Positions 9,448 through 18,538 of a DNA stretch of 64,000 nucleotides are shown piece after piece (the first letter of the stretch is position 1; each line of letters starts with the position of its first letter). Location: the NCBI GenBank assembly GCA_017695025.1, contig JADILX010000082.1, positions 11,112-75,111 on the forward strand, read 5' to 3'. The translations under genes and the position numbers were made by a program. The DNA is from Candidatus Cryptobacteroides excrementavium (GTDB taxonomy: Bacteria > Bacteroidota > Bacteroidia > Bacteroidales > UBA932). The notes beneath the pieces are model-generated. The model saw nothing but the letters and a program-made list of their open reading frames with translations. It did no database searches and was not told where the DNA came from.

Positions 9448-10421
9448 CATTGATGCAGCCGCTTTCAGTCGACAGGATATATCTTGAGGAGAGGACAGGT
9501 CATGGCATGGCCTGTCCCCTCTTGTCTGACGACATTGCCGACTATCCTGACGGCATCATACTGCCTGTGGACAAGCCGTACAGATGGACATCTGCCGATG
9601 TTATACGCAAGATAAAATTTGCCGCAACAAGATATTTCCGGAAGAAAAACCTGAAGGTGGGACACGCCGGGACACTCGACCCCCTCGCCACAGGAGTGCT
9701 TCTGGTATGCATAGGCAAAGCCACGAGGCTTGCAGAAGAATTGCAGAGCCACGACAAGGAATATATTGCCGGCATCACATTCGGGGCCACTACCCCGTCA
9801 TACGACCTTGAAAAAGAAATAGACGGGACATTCCCGCACGGGCATATCTCCGAAGACCTCATAAAAAAGACTCTCCCGGACTTTATCGGAGAGCAGCAGC
9901 AGATTGCCCCGCTGTTTTCCGCCAAGTCAATAGACGGAGTAAGGGCATATGAACTCGCCAGGAAAATCTACAGGAGACATATTGAAGGCCGGAAGGAGGA
10001 AGACGGCGGAGCCGGGGCAGAAATGCTTGACCAGACGGCAGCCGGACTGATACGCACTGCAAACATCACCATCACCGAAGCATCCCTGCTCAGATTCTGG
10101 CCGCAAGGCAGGAATGACGGCACGGCCCAGTACCCTCTGTCAGCCGGACAGGACACGGAAAGAGAAAGCAGGATAAAGGTAGCAGACAACTCCGGACTGC
10201 ATCTTCCGGAAGCCCTGATAAGGATAAGATGCAGCAAGGGGACGTACATCAGGGCTTTCGCCCGCGACTTGGGTGAAGCCGTCGGCAGCGGGGCACATCT
10301 GAGTTCCCTGCAGCGCAGCCGCAGCGGGCAATACCGGGTCGAAAATGCCCTTGACATACACTCGGCGACAGCCATATTCTCAACGGCAGCCACCAGCCGG
10401 CAGGAAACCCCATCCCTATGA
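9444..10421 (+). CDS. truB: tRNA pseudouridine(55) synthase TruB, with internal insertions
   Basis: VDKPYRWTSADV, catalytic GHAGTLDPLATG, and CSKGTYIRAFARDLG. ATGA overlaps at both ends (rpiB and MATE). Confidence 0.9.
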   Translation: MTLMQPLSVDRIYLEERTGHGMACPLLSDDIADYPDGIILPVDKPYRWTSADVIRKIKFAATRYFRKKNLKVGHAGTLDPLATGVLLVCIGKATRLAEELQSHDKEYIAGITFGATTPSYDLEKEIDGTFPHGHISEDLIKKTLPDFIGEQQQIAPLFSAKSIDGVRAYELARKIYRRHIEGRKEEDGGAGAEMLDQTAAGLIRTANITITEASLLRFWPQGRNDGTAQYPLSAGQDTERESRIKVADNSGLHLPEALIRIRCSKGTYIRAFARDLGEAVGSGAHLSSLQRSRSGQYRVENALDIHSATAIFSTAATSRQETPSL

Positions 10422-11755
10422 CAAAGACACTCAACTACTCATACAGCCACATATGGAAAGTGGCCTGGCCCATCCTGATCAGTCTCATCATGGAGCAATT
10501 GCTCGGGATGACAGACACGGCATTTCTCGGGCGTGTCGGAGAAGTGGAACTCGGGGCATCCGCGATAGCCGGAGTCTATTACATGGCAATCTTTGTCACC
10601 GGGCTCGGGTTCGGCATCGGGTCGCAGATCATCATCGCAAGGAGAAACGGGGAAGGCAACTGGAAAGAGACCGGCAATATATTCTGGCACGGCGTCTGCT
10701 TTCTCATCGGCTTTGCTGTCCTGGTCATCGCGCTATCGGAGATGTTCTCTCCATGGATACTGGACAGGCTCATAGACTCCCCTGAAATCTCCTCCGCCGC
10801 CATGGACTATGTACGATGGCGGCTCATCGGGCTCATCTTCGCATTTGTAACAGTGATGTTCCGGGCATTCTATATAGGGACCACACAGACAAGGACACTC
10901 ACCCTCAACTCAATAGTGATGGTCCTCTCCAACGTGGTATTCAACTGGATTCTGGTATTCGGCAAACTCGGATTCCCGGCGCTCGGAATTGCCGGTGCAG
11001 CCATCGGCTCTACTCTGGCAGAACTTGTATCCCTTGTCTTCTTCATTGTCTATACGGCCACAAAGACAGACTGCATGAAATACGGGCTCAACAGGAAAAT
11101 ACATTTCGACTGGAAAAAACTCAGGGACATCCTTTCGGTGTCCGTGTGGACAATGATACAGAATTTCCTTTCGGTATCGACATGGTTCATCTTCTTCATG
11201 TTTGTTGAACATCTCGGAGAAAGGGCTCTGGCCATCTCCAATGTGACCCGGAGCATATCAGGATTTATCTGGGTATTTGTATCGGCATTTGCGTCCACAT
11301 GCAGTTCCCTTGTGAGCAATCTTATCGGGGAAGGCCATACCGACTCTGTCCCGAGACTCATACGCAGAGTCATAAAACTGGCCTATCTGCCTGTTGCGGC
11401 ACTCATAATACTGTTCATCATATTTCCTGAGGCTGTCATCGGCATATATACCGACATCCCGGACATAGTGACAGGAACCGTACCGTCCCTCGTGGTGATG
11501 TGCATATCATATCTCCTGACATGTCCCGCACTGATATGCTTCAATGCAATCTCAGGCACAGGGAATACACGCACGGCATTTGTACTCGAAATGTCGGCAC
11601 TGGTCATCTATATCATATTCTGTACTATAGTCATAGCAGGGATACAGCCTGACGTGGCCGTATGCTGGACAGCAGAGATTGTCTACTCGCTTTCAATGCT
11701 GCTGATATGCGCCTCCTACCTGTACAGCGGGAGATGGAAAGGCACAAGGATATGA
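10418..11755 (+). CDS. MATE family efflux transporter
   Basis: 445 aa, about 12 TM helices. N-terminal WPILISLIMEQLLGMTDTAFLGRVG is MATE-like. Confidence 0.85.
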   Translation: MTKTLNYSYSHIWKVAWPILISLIMEQLLGMTDTAFLGRVGEVELGASAIAGVYYMAIFVTGLGFGIGSQIIIARRNGEGNWKETGNIFWHGVCFLIGFAVLVIALSEMFSPWILDRLIDSPEISSAAMDYVRWRLIGLIFAFVTVMFRAFYIGTTQTRTLTLNSIVMVLSNVVFNWILVFGKLGFPALGIAGAAIGSTLAELVSLVFFIVYTATKTDCMKYGLNRKIHFDWKKLRDILSVSVWTMIQNFLSVSTWFIFFMFVEHLGERALAISNVTRSISGFIWVFVSAFASTCSSLVSNLIGEGHTDSVPRLIRRVIKLAYLPVAALIILFIIFPEAVIGIYTDIPDIVTGTVPSLVVMCISYLLTCPALICFNAISGTGNTRTAFVLEMSALVIYIIFCTIVIAGIQPDVAVCWTAEIVYSLSMLLICASYLYSGRWKGTRI

Positions 11756-11777
11756 CCCTGAACAGGCAAACGTCCCG

Positions 11778-13034
11778 TCAATTTACCGGGATACGCCTGT
11801 TGACATTCCGGTAGCCGGAAGAAGCATAGAAAAGCAGGTATGCAAGACACAGCATCACAAACCAGAATGAAGGCATATAGCCTATAAGGTCGGCAACAGC
11901 GCCCTGGATGGCAGGCAGTATACCGCCACCGCACACCATGAACATGAAGAAGCCGGTTGCTGATGAAGTGTACTTTCCCAGCCCCTCGACAGCCATATTG
12001 AAGATATTTCCCCACATCACGGACGTAAAGCATCCGGTCAGTATCAGGAAGACGGCATTTACAGGGATGTCGGTGAAAATCCTCTCCCCGAACGACACGA
12101 CAAGGTCGGACGGAGTAAAGATGGCCATCACCACCAGAATCATAGTGCCGAAAGTCGCAAATGAAAGCATGTCATGACTGGCGAAACGGGAGCCGAAATA
12201 ACCGCCGACAAGACGGCCGATGAACATCAGGAACCAGTACAGGCTGACTATCACTCCGGCTTTCCCGGGCATAAGCCCCACCTCATGTGTAAGATAGAGA
12301 TTGGTTGTGTTGGCGATGCCTATCTCCACCCCCATATAGACAAACACTGCAACCGCCCCGAGGACAAAATGGCGGAAGGAGAAGCAGCTGTACGTACCGT
12401 CCTTATGCGGCAGATCCACCTTCAGCGAACTCTCGTCAAACTCCGGTTCAGGAATATGGGAGAATATTATGACGACGAACGCCACGATAAAGACACCTAT
12501 TGCTATGTAGAACGCCGGATTGGCATCCGATATCGAGTGGCTGGCATGCTGTCCGGTAAGCCATCCGATAAAGAACGGGACAAATGTTGCGGCAAGGGAA
12601 TTGAGCGAGTTTCCATACTGGATAAGCTGGTTGCCTTTCTTTCCTCCATGCCCTATGGAGTTGAGCATCGGATTGACCACAGCATTGAGCATACATGCAG
12701 CAAAACCAGAGACAAAGGCCCCGAGAAGATACACTCCGAAACTCTCAAGATAGCCGGAAAGCCAGAATGTACCGACTCCTACTATGCCGACACCGACCGA
12801 CACAAGGGCGGACACCTTATACCCGTACCGCTTCAGGATATATCCGGCAGGAAGCCCCATGCATGCATATGCGAGGAAATTGATGAGATTGCCCAACTGT
12901 GACGCAGCATTGGAGAATCCGAACTGGAACTTGACGATTATACCGAGCGGGTTGTGGAGACCTGTTATGAACGCTATCATGAAGAACAGTGCAAACATGA
13001 TGGCTATGGCAGGAATATAGTTTCGTTTAGTCAT
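11778..13034 (-). CDS. Sugar MFS transporter (FucP/GluP/NagP-like)
   Basis: 418 aa, 12 TM. Paralogous to 14203..15495, sharing blocks such as NFLAY..MG.PAG and GGKKGNQL.Q. Confidence 0.85.
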   Translation of the reverse strand: MTKRNYIPAIAIMFALFFMIAFITGLHNPLGIIVKFQFGFSNAASQLGNLINFLAYACMGLPAGYILKRYGYKVSALVSVGVGIVGVGTFWLSGYLESFGVYLLGAFVSGFAACMLNAVVNPMLNSIGHGGKKGNQLIQYGNSLNSLAATFVPFFIGWLTGQHASHSISDANPAFYIAIGVFIVAFVVIIFSHIPEPEFDESSLKVDLPHKDGTYSCFSFRHFVLGAVAVFVYMGVEIGIANTTNLYLTHEVGLMPGKAGVIVSLYWFLMFIGRLVGGYFGSRFASHDMLSFATFGTMILVVMAIFTPSDLVVSFGERIFTDIPVNAVFLILTGCFTSVMWGNIFNMAVEGLGKYTSSATGFFMFMVCGGGILPAIQGAVADLIGYMPSFWFVMLCLAYLLFYASSGYRNVNRRIPVN

Positions 13035-13136
13035 CGTGACGAGGTTTAGTGTTACACATTATCCGGTTTGATGAAAAATTGTTTAAATATATAAAATTTA
13101 TCAGGTCTATCCTCATAAAAGCCGGATTTATTTTTT

Positions 13137-13185
13137 AAAAAAAAGCGGAGCCAAAACCACCCAGAAAGGGAAGTTCCGGCTCCGC
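13137..13185 (-). terminator. Rho-independent terminator downstream of the ROK kinase gene
   Basis: On the minus strand, GCGGAGCCGGAA...TTTTGGCTCCGC forms a stem of 8 GC-rich bp, extendable to 12. It is followed by a run of 8 T (A run 13137-13144 on the + strand). Confidence 0.65.
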
Positions 13186-13208
13186 CAGTCATCTGAATTA
13201 CCCTTTTG

Positions 13209-14183
13209 CTACAGTTCCCAGGCCAAGGCAGAAGCCCCGAGAATAGCAGCATCAGACTCCTTCAGCTGAGAAAAGACTATCTTTATCTTATTGCGCCACA
13301 TATGCAGCAGATTGGCATTCATGGCTGTCATTATAGGCTCATAGAGATATTCCTTTGCCCTTGCAAGGCCACCGAAAAGCACTATCGCTTCAGGTGCACT
13401 GAATGCGACAAAGTCAGCGAAACACTCTCCGAGAATCTTTCCGGTGAACTCGAATATCTTCAGGGCCATCCTGTCACCGTCCTTTGCTGCCTCATAGACA
13501 TCCTTGGAAGTGATATTGTCAAGGCTTCTGAGCACCGACGGCTCGTCTGACATGTCAAGCCACTCCCTTGCAGTACGGGCTACACCTGTAGCGGAACAGT
13601 ATGTCTCAAGGCAGCCTGTCTTGCCGCAGTTGCAGACCCTTCCGTTATGCCTTACGGCACATGTATGCCCGAGTTCGCCGGCAAAGCCGTCATGCCCGTA
13701 TACAACTTCCCCGTTGACAACGATACCGCTGCCGACTCCTGTACCTAGGGTAATCATTATGAAGTTCTTCATACCCCTTGCCGCACCATAGGTCATCTCC
13801 CCTACGGCTGCAGCATTGGCATCATTGGTCAGGGCCACCTTAAGACCGCCGGTCTTCTGCGAAAGCAGTTCTGCAAACGGGATGGTCTTCTGTCCGCCCC
13901 ATGACAGGTTGACGGCATTCTCAATGTTCCCTGTATAGTAGTTGCCGTTCGGAGCACCGACCCCGATACCTCTTATCTTGCCTTCAGACTCGGACTCCCT
14001 GATGATTTTCTCCAGGGCTGCGGCCACTTCCTCCACATAGAGGGAGACATCATCATAGGTATCCGTCCTTATGACAGTCTGCGACAGGACCTGTCCCCTC
14101 GTGTCCACAATTCCCATCTTTGTGGTCTGACCGCCTATATCGATACCCACGACATAGGTCTTTTCCAGAATATCAGTATCCAT
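13209..14183 (-). CDS. ROK family sugar kinase (glucokinase or N-acetylglucosamine kinase type)
   Basis: 324 aa. VGIDIGGQTTKMG ATP-binding start and the ROK zinc motif CNCGKTGCLETY. Confidence 0.9.
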   Translation of the reverse strand: MDTDILEKTYVVGIDIGGQTTKMGIVDTRGQVLSQTVIRTDTYDDVSLYVEEVAAALEKIIRESESEGKIRGIGVGAPNGNYYTGNIENAVNLSWGGQKTIPFAELLSQKTGGLKVALTNDANAAAVGEMTYGAARGMKNFIMITLGTGVGSGIVVNGEVVYGHDGFAGELGHTCAVRHNGRVCNCGKTGCLETYCSATGVARTAREWLDMSDEPSVLRSLDNITSKDVYEAAKDGDRMALKIFEFTGKILGECFADFVAFSAPEAIVLFGGLARAKEYLYEPIMTAMNANLLHMWRNKIKIVFSQLKESDAAILGASALAWEL

Positions 14184-14202
14184 GAATATTGAATTTTATT
14201 GT

Positions 14203-15495
14203 TTATGCCTTCTTTACCTTCGAGCCGAGTGCCGCATACCAGAGGATATACAGGACAGCGACCACTACTACCCAGTAACTTACCATATAGCCAGCTGCAT
14301 CGGCGATGGCGTTCTGCAGAAGCGGAAGGATACCGCCGCCGACTACCATCATCATGAATGCTCCGGAAGCAAGGGCTGTAGCGGAGCCGAGCCCTTCGAC
14401 CGCAAGATTGAAGATTGTTCCCCACATGACAGAAGTGCAGAGTCCGCAGAGAACAAGAAGGAGGGCAGAAAGCGGCACCTGGACCATTCCGAAACCGGAA
14501 CCTGTAAATACAGGCATAGAAGTGCTGACACCGGCCGGAACAAACATTGCCACCAGTATGAGGGCAGCCGCCACAGCAGCAGCACAACTCAACTGGGTAC
14601 GGCTGGAAATCACACCGCTGATGAAACTTGACACAAAACGCCCGATGAGCATGAGGAACCAGTAGGTGCCGGCAACGAACCCGGCGATAGTAGCGGCGGT
14701 CTTAGGGTCAAGGCCTGCACCGCTGTCAGAGTCGGAAAGATAGAAATTGAGAGTGCCCGGGATACCGACCTCAACACCCACATACAGGAATATGGCTATC
14801 ACACCGAGAACGAAATGACGGTATTTCCATGGGCTTTCGACATGGCCGCCCTGTGCTGCGGACTGCGGGTTCCCGATAGGGACGAACGCCAGGATAATAA
14901 AGGCAAGAAGGAATACACCCATCGCGATGTACATCACCGGATTGACATGCGTAATGACAGTATCCTTGGTCACCGCCCCGATAAGGGCCCCGACCAACAT
15001 AGGCGTAAGGGTACCCATCAGCGAGTTGAAGGTGCCTCCTATCTGGACAAGCTGGTTGCCTTTCTTTCCACCGCCGCCGAGAAGGTTGAGCATAGGGTTC
15101 ACCACTGTATTGAGGATACATACGGAGAAGCCGGCCACAAAAGCCCCGGCAAGATATATGAACCAGTTTGCAGGAAGACCGGCAACAGTGGCTCCGACAC
15201 CGACAATTCCCGAAAGGAACTGGATGAGTACACCGAAGAACCCGATGCCGATAGCAAGAAGGGCTGTCTTCTTGTAGCCGATCCTTGTGATGAGTTTGCC
15301 GGCAGGAATACCCATGAACAGGTATGCAAGGAAGTTCATCATATTACCCATCATACCGAGAGCATTCGACCCGTCGATTCCAGGCTGCTGTTTCCATATT
15401 ACCCCGATCGGAGCGGCAAGATTTGTCACAAACGAAATCATCCCGAAAAGGAAGATCATGGTTATGATTGCGACCAGATTACCATTTTTTCTCAT
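14203..15495 (-). CDS. Sugar MFS transporter (FucP/GluP/NagP-like)
   Basis: 430 aa, 12 TM. Lies 19 bp upstream of the ROK kinase on the same strand. Confidence 0.85.
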   Translation of the reverse strand: MRKNGNLVAIITMIFLFGMISFVTNLAAPIGVIWKQQPGIDGSNALGMMGNMMNFLAYLFMGIPAGKLITRIGYKKTALLAIGIGFFGVLIQFLSGIVGVGATVAGLPANWFIYLAGAFVAGFSVCILNTVVNPMLNLLGGGGKKGNQLVQIGGTFNSLMGTLTPMLVGALIGAVTKDTVITHVNPVMYIAMGVFLLAFIILAFVPIGNPQSAAQGGHVESPWKYRHFVLGVIAIFLYVGVEVGIPGTLNFYLSDSDSGAGLDPKTAATIAGFVAGTYWFLMLIGRFVSSFISGVISSRTQLSCAAAVAAALILVAMFVPAGVSTSMPVFTGSGFGMVQVPLSALLLVLCGLCTSVMWGTIFNLAVEGLGSATALASGAFMMMVVGGGILPLLQNAIADAAGYMVSYWVVVVAVLYILWYAALGSKVKKA

Positions 15496-15612
15496 TGTTC
15501 TGAATTTTATGTTAATAATTATTATGGTCGTTTTATTTATTTAAAATCGTGTAAAGTTAACTATTTTTTTCCTTGCACGTAACAAATGATGTCTTTTTGT
15601 TGCCATGACAGC

Positions 15613-15648
15613 AAAAATAAAAGCCGGCTCCCTCCCCAAGGAACCGGC
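15613..15648 (-). terminator. Rho-independent terminator-like hairpin
   Basis: Minus strand GCCGGTTCC-ttggggag-GGAGCCGGC is a 9-bp stem with one G-U pair, followed by TTTTATTTTT. Confidence 0.55.
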
Positions 15649-15702
15649 CTGTATATAAAACGAACTTAACAAATAGACACGAAAAAATTTTTTCTTATGT
15701 CC
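15613..15702 (-). ncRNA. Candidate ~90-nt sRNA, or an attenuator leader of the MFS/ROK operon
   Basis: Bounded by an exact TATATTTG -7 box (15707-15714, minus) and the terminator at 15613-15648. No ORF longer than 16 codons lies between them. The identity of this element is unknown. Confidence 0.3.
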
Positions 15703-15706
15703 GATA

Positions 15707-15714
15707 CAAATATA
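15707..15714 (-). promoter_or_regulatory. -7 promoter box TATATTTG
   Basis: Exact TAnnTTTG match on the minus strand, in the AT-rich spacer between the AraC gene stop and the MFS gene. Confidence 0.4.
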
Positions 15715-15848
15715 ATGATTTAAAACAACAATCCAAATTTTCCATAAACAATTTTCAACATTTCATCCGGATTGACTTAAATTAAGAATAAATTCCGGAG
15801 ATATGCCCTATAATATTTAATCCGGTCACCGCAAAGGCCCCGCCGTAC

Positions 15849-16766
15849 CTACATCTTCCTGTACTGCCGAGGGGTCATTCCTGTCCTTGCCCGGAAAAAC
15901 TTGTAGAAAGATGACTGGTCAGGGAAATTGAGCCTTGCCACTATCTCCTTTACATTCATGTCGGAGTACCTGAGCATACTCTTTGCCTCCAGGATGACAA
16001 AGGCATCGATCCATTCCGGAGCAGACCTCCCGCTGGTCTTCCTGACAAGTTTCGAGAGATATTTCGGGGTCAGGCAGAGGGCGGAGGCATAGAAACCCAC
16101 ACTCCTCTCTGACATGTGGTGCTCGGAGACAAGCCGGATGAAATTGTCAAAGACCTGCTTGCCGCGTCCGGATGCGGCCCCTCCCTTCAGCCTGCGTGCC
16201 TCGGATATATGTCTGGACAGCACACCGGCAGCCATATAGAAGACAGATGAAAGAAGAGACCTGATGCATTCCCTTTTATAGGGAAGTGACGATGTCAATA
16301 TATTGCGGGCAAGTGTCAGGTAGCCGGATGCCACCGTCCTCTCTTCATCTGAAAGTGTCACGCCAGGATTGTCCAGCAGGAACATCCCCTCGGAAAACAG
16401 CTTGTCTATGTCAATATTGAGTTCCGAGACATAGGAACGGGACATGGCCACAACGATAAAATGAAGACCTTTCTTCTCGTCTTCCGGCATTTCGGGCACG
16501 CGCAGGATATCGCCCGGGATATTCATCACCAGAGAATTTTCCTTTATCTCGAACTCGTGCAGGTTGATGCTCATCCTCAGCCTGCCGCTGATACAGAAAA
16601 ATGCAAGATAGGCGTCGAGCCTGCACGGATGCACAAGCACATCCAGACACTTGTCATACCTCAGGTCCAGCACACAGAAGTCATCCCCTATCCCTACGCT
16701 GTCGGCAATGGGGAACGACCGCCGGAATCTGGCTATGTCTATCCTGTAAAAAATATCCTGGTCCAT
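15849..16766 (-). CDS. AraC family transcriptional regulator
   Basis: 305 aa. The C-terminal double HTH (SVGFYASALCLTPKYLSKLVRK...IVARLNFPDQSSFYKFFRARTGMTPRQYR) is typical AraC/XylS. Confidence 0.9.
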   Translation of the reverse strand: MDQDIFYRIDIARFRRSFPIADSVGIGDDFCVLDLRYDKCLDVLVHPCRLDAYLAFFCISGRLRMSINLHEFEIKENSLVMNIPGDILRVPEMPEDEKKGLHFIVVAMSRSYVSELNIDIDKLFSEGMFLLDNPGVTLSDEERTVASGYLTLARNILTSSLPYKRECIRSLLSSVFYMAAGVLSRHISEARRLKGGAASGRGKQVFDNFIRLVSEHHMSERSVGFYASALCLTPKYLSKLVRKTSGRSAPEWIDAFVILEAKSMLRYSDMNVKEIVARLNFPDQSSFYKFFRARTGMTPRQYRKM

Positions 16767-16818
16767 ATGCGTCTTCCATTATGCATTATGGCATGCCTCA
16801 GCCATGCCTGATTGGCTG

Positions 16819-16826
16819 CAAAGATA
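16819..16826 (-). promoter_or_regulatory. -7 promoter box TATCTTTG for the AraC gene
   Basis: Exact TAnnTTTG match on the minus strand, 53 nt upstream of the ATG at 16766. Confidence 0.4.
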
Positions 16827-16959
16827 GCAAATTACTCCTTTTGACAAAAAATACAGTCAAAAATGACATTATCAGAGAAAAACGGGCAGCCATTTTGCAA
16901 TATCCGGCGGCTGCCTAACAAGAAAACAGGCATCAAACACGAACAATACGCCATAAAGA

Positions 16960-18501
16960 ATGAATAGAAAAGACATCAGAACAGTATGCATGGCCGCAAT
17001 CATATGTGCAGCCATATTGCAGGAGACAGCAGCAGATGCACAGCAGATGCTGACCCTGGAGCAGTGCAGGGAAATGGCAGTCAGCACAAGCAAGACACTG
17101 CAGGCAGCGGAAAAGAAGAAAGAGATGGCATCATATGACAAGAAGGCCGCAATGGCAGCCTGGTTTCCGGAAATCTCCATCGTAGGGACATACCAGTACA
17201 ACAGCCGGAACCTGTCCCTCCTTTCCGAAGATGCTTCGGACGCCCTGAAAAACACCGGGAACACGGTACAGGGAGATATCAGGGACAAAATCAGCAGCCT
17301 CCTGTCCGATCCTGTCACCGGCGCAATCATCCAGAGCAGCCCGGAACTGCTGGCATTCGTCAACAGCCTCGGTACGATGGACATTGCCGGGCCGCTTAAT
17401 GCGCTCGGGGCAGAAATAGACAATGCCTTCACCCTCGGCATCAACAATGTCTTTGCCGGGGCCGTAACCCTCACCCAGCCGATATTCATGGGAGGGAAAA
17501 TTATCAGTTACAACAAGATTGCCGCCCTCGCATCGGACCTCGCAGGAGCAGAGTATGACGCAGAATACCAGGCTGTGCTCTGGAACGTGGAGCAGGCATG
17601 GTGGCAGACCATCTCCCTGCAGGCAAAGGTAGATCTTGCACAAAGTTATGCAGACCTTCTGCACATGATGGAGCATGATGTACAGGCACTGGAAGCAGAA
17701 GGCATGGCTACAGGGACAGACGTGCTCTCCGTAAAAGTGAAAGTCAACGAAGCGGACATGCTTCTGACAAAGGCCGGGAATGGGCTTATCCTCTCAAAGA
17801 TGCTTCTGTGCAAACTATGCGGTCTGCCTCCGGAAAGCGACATCATGCTTGCATATGACACCTCGGACCCGGATTTTTCCCCACAGGAAGTGCCGGTAAA
17901 GAGCGACGAAGAGATATTTGCGGCACGTCCGGAGATACGCAGTCTCGGCATCGCTACCGAAATCTACAGCAGGAAAGTCACTGTGGCAAGATCGGACATG
18001 ATGCCGAAAATTGCCCTCACCGGCAACTACATAGTCACAAGCCCCAATCTTTTCCACGGCTTCAGCAACAGGCCCGGCGGGTTCTTCAATGTGGGTGTCA
18101 CAATGCAGATACCGATAATCCACGGATGCGAAGCCATGCAGAAGACCCGGAAAGCCAAGGCCGAGGCAGAAATGACAAGACTCAGGCTTGAAGAAGCAAA
18201 GGAGATGATCAGCCTGCAGGCGGCAAGCCTCAGGAAACAGGATGAAGAAGCCATCCGGAAAATGGGGATGGCGCTGGAACATATGGACAGCGCCGAAGAG
18301 AATCTCCGGACAGCCACTGTCGGCTTCAATGAAGGAGTCATCCCTGCACAGACACTATTTGCGGCCCAGACCGCATGGCTGCAGGCACACTCGGAATACA
18401 TAGATGCCGGCATCTCTATGCAACTCAGCCGCACGGGACTGCTCAAGGCTTACGGAGACCTTACGGAAAGACATGGAAACAATGCATGTCCGGCAGAATA
18501 A
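16960..18501 (+). CDS. TolC family outer membrane efflux protein
   Basis: 513 aa with a signal peptide. Two OEP-type coiled-coil/beta repeats, and the gene precedes a HlyD adaptor gene. Confidence 0.85.
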   Translation: MNRKDIRTVCMAAIICAAILQETAADAQQMLTLEQCREMAVSTSKTLQAAEKKKEMASYDKKAAMAAWFPEISIVGTYQYNSRNLSLLSEDASDALKNTGNTVQGDIRDKISSLLSDPVTGAIIQSSPELLAFVNSLGTMDIAGPLNALGAEIDNAFTLGINNVFAGAVTLTQPIFMGGKIISYNKIAALASDLAGAEYDAEYQAVLWNVEQAWWQTISLQAKVDLAQSYADLLHMMEHDVQALEAEGMATGTDVLSVKVKVNEADMLLTKAGNGLILSKMLLCKLCGLPPESDIMLAYDTSDPDFSPQEVPVKSDEEIFAARPEIRSLGIATEIYSRKVTVARSDMMPKIALTGNYIVTSPNLFHGFSNRPGGFFNVGVTMQIPIIHGCEAMQKTRKAKAEAEMTRLRLEEAKEMISLQAASLRKQDEEAIRKMGMALEHMDSAEENLRTATVGFNEGVIPAQTLFAAQTAWLQAHSEYIDAGISMQLSRTGLLKAYGDLTERHGNNACPAE

Positions 18502-18538
18502 GACAATTGGTGAAACTGACATTAACAACAGATAAAAA

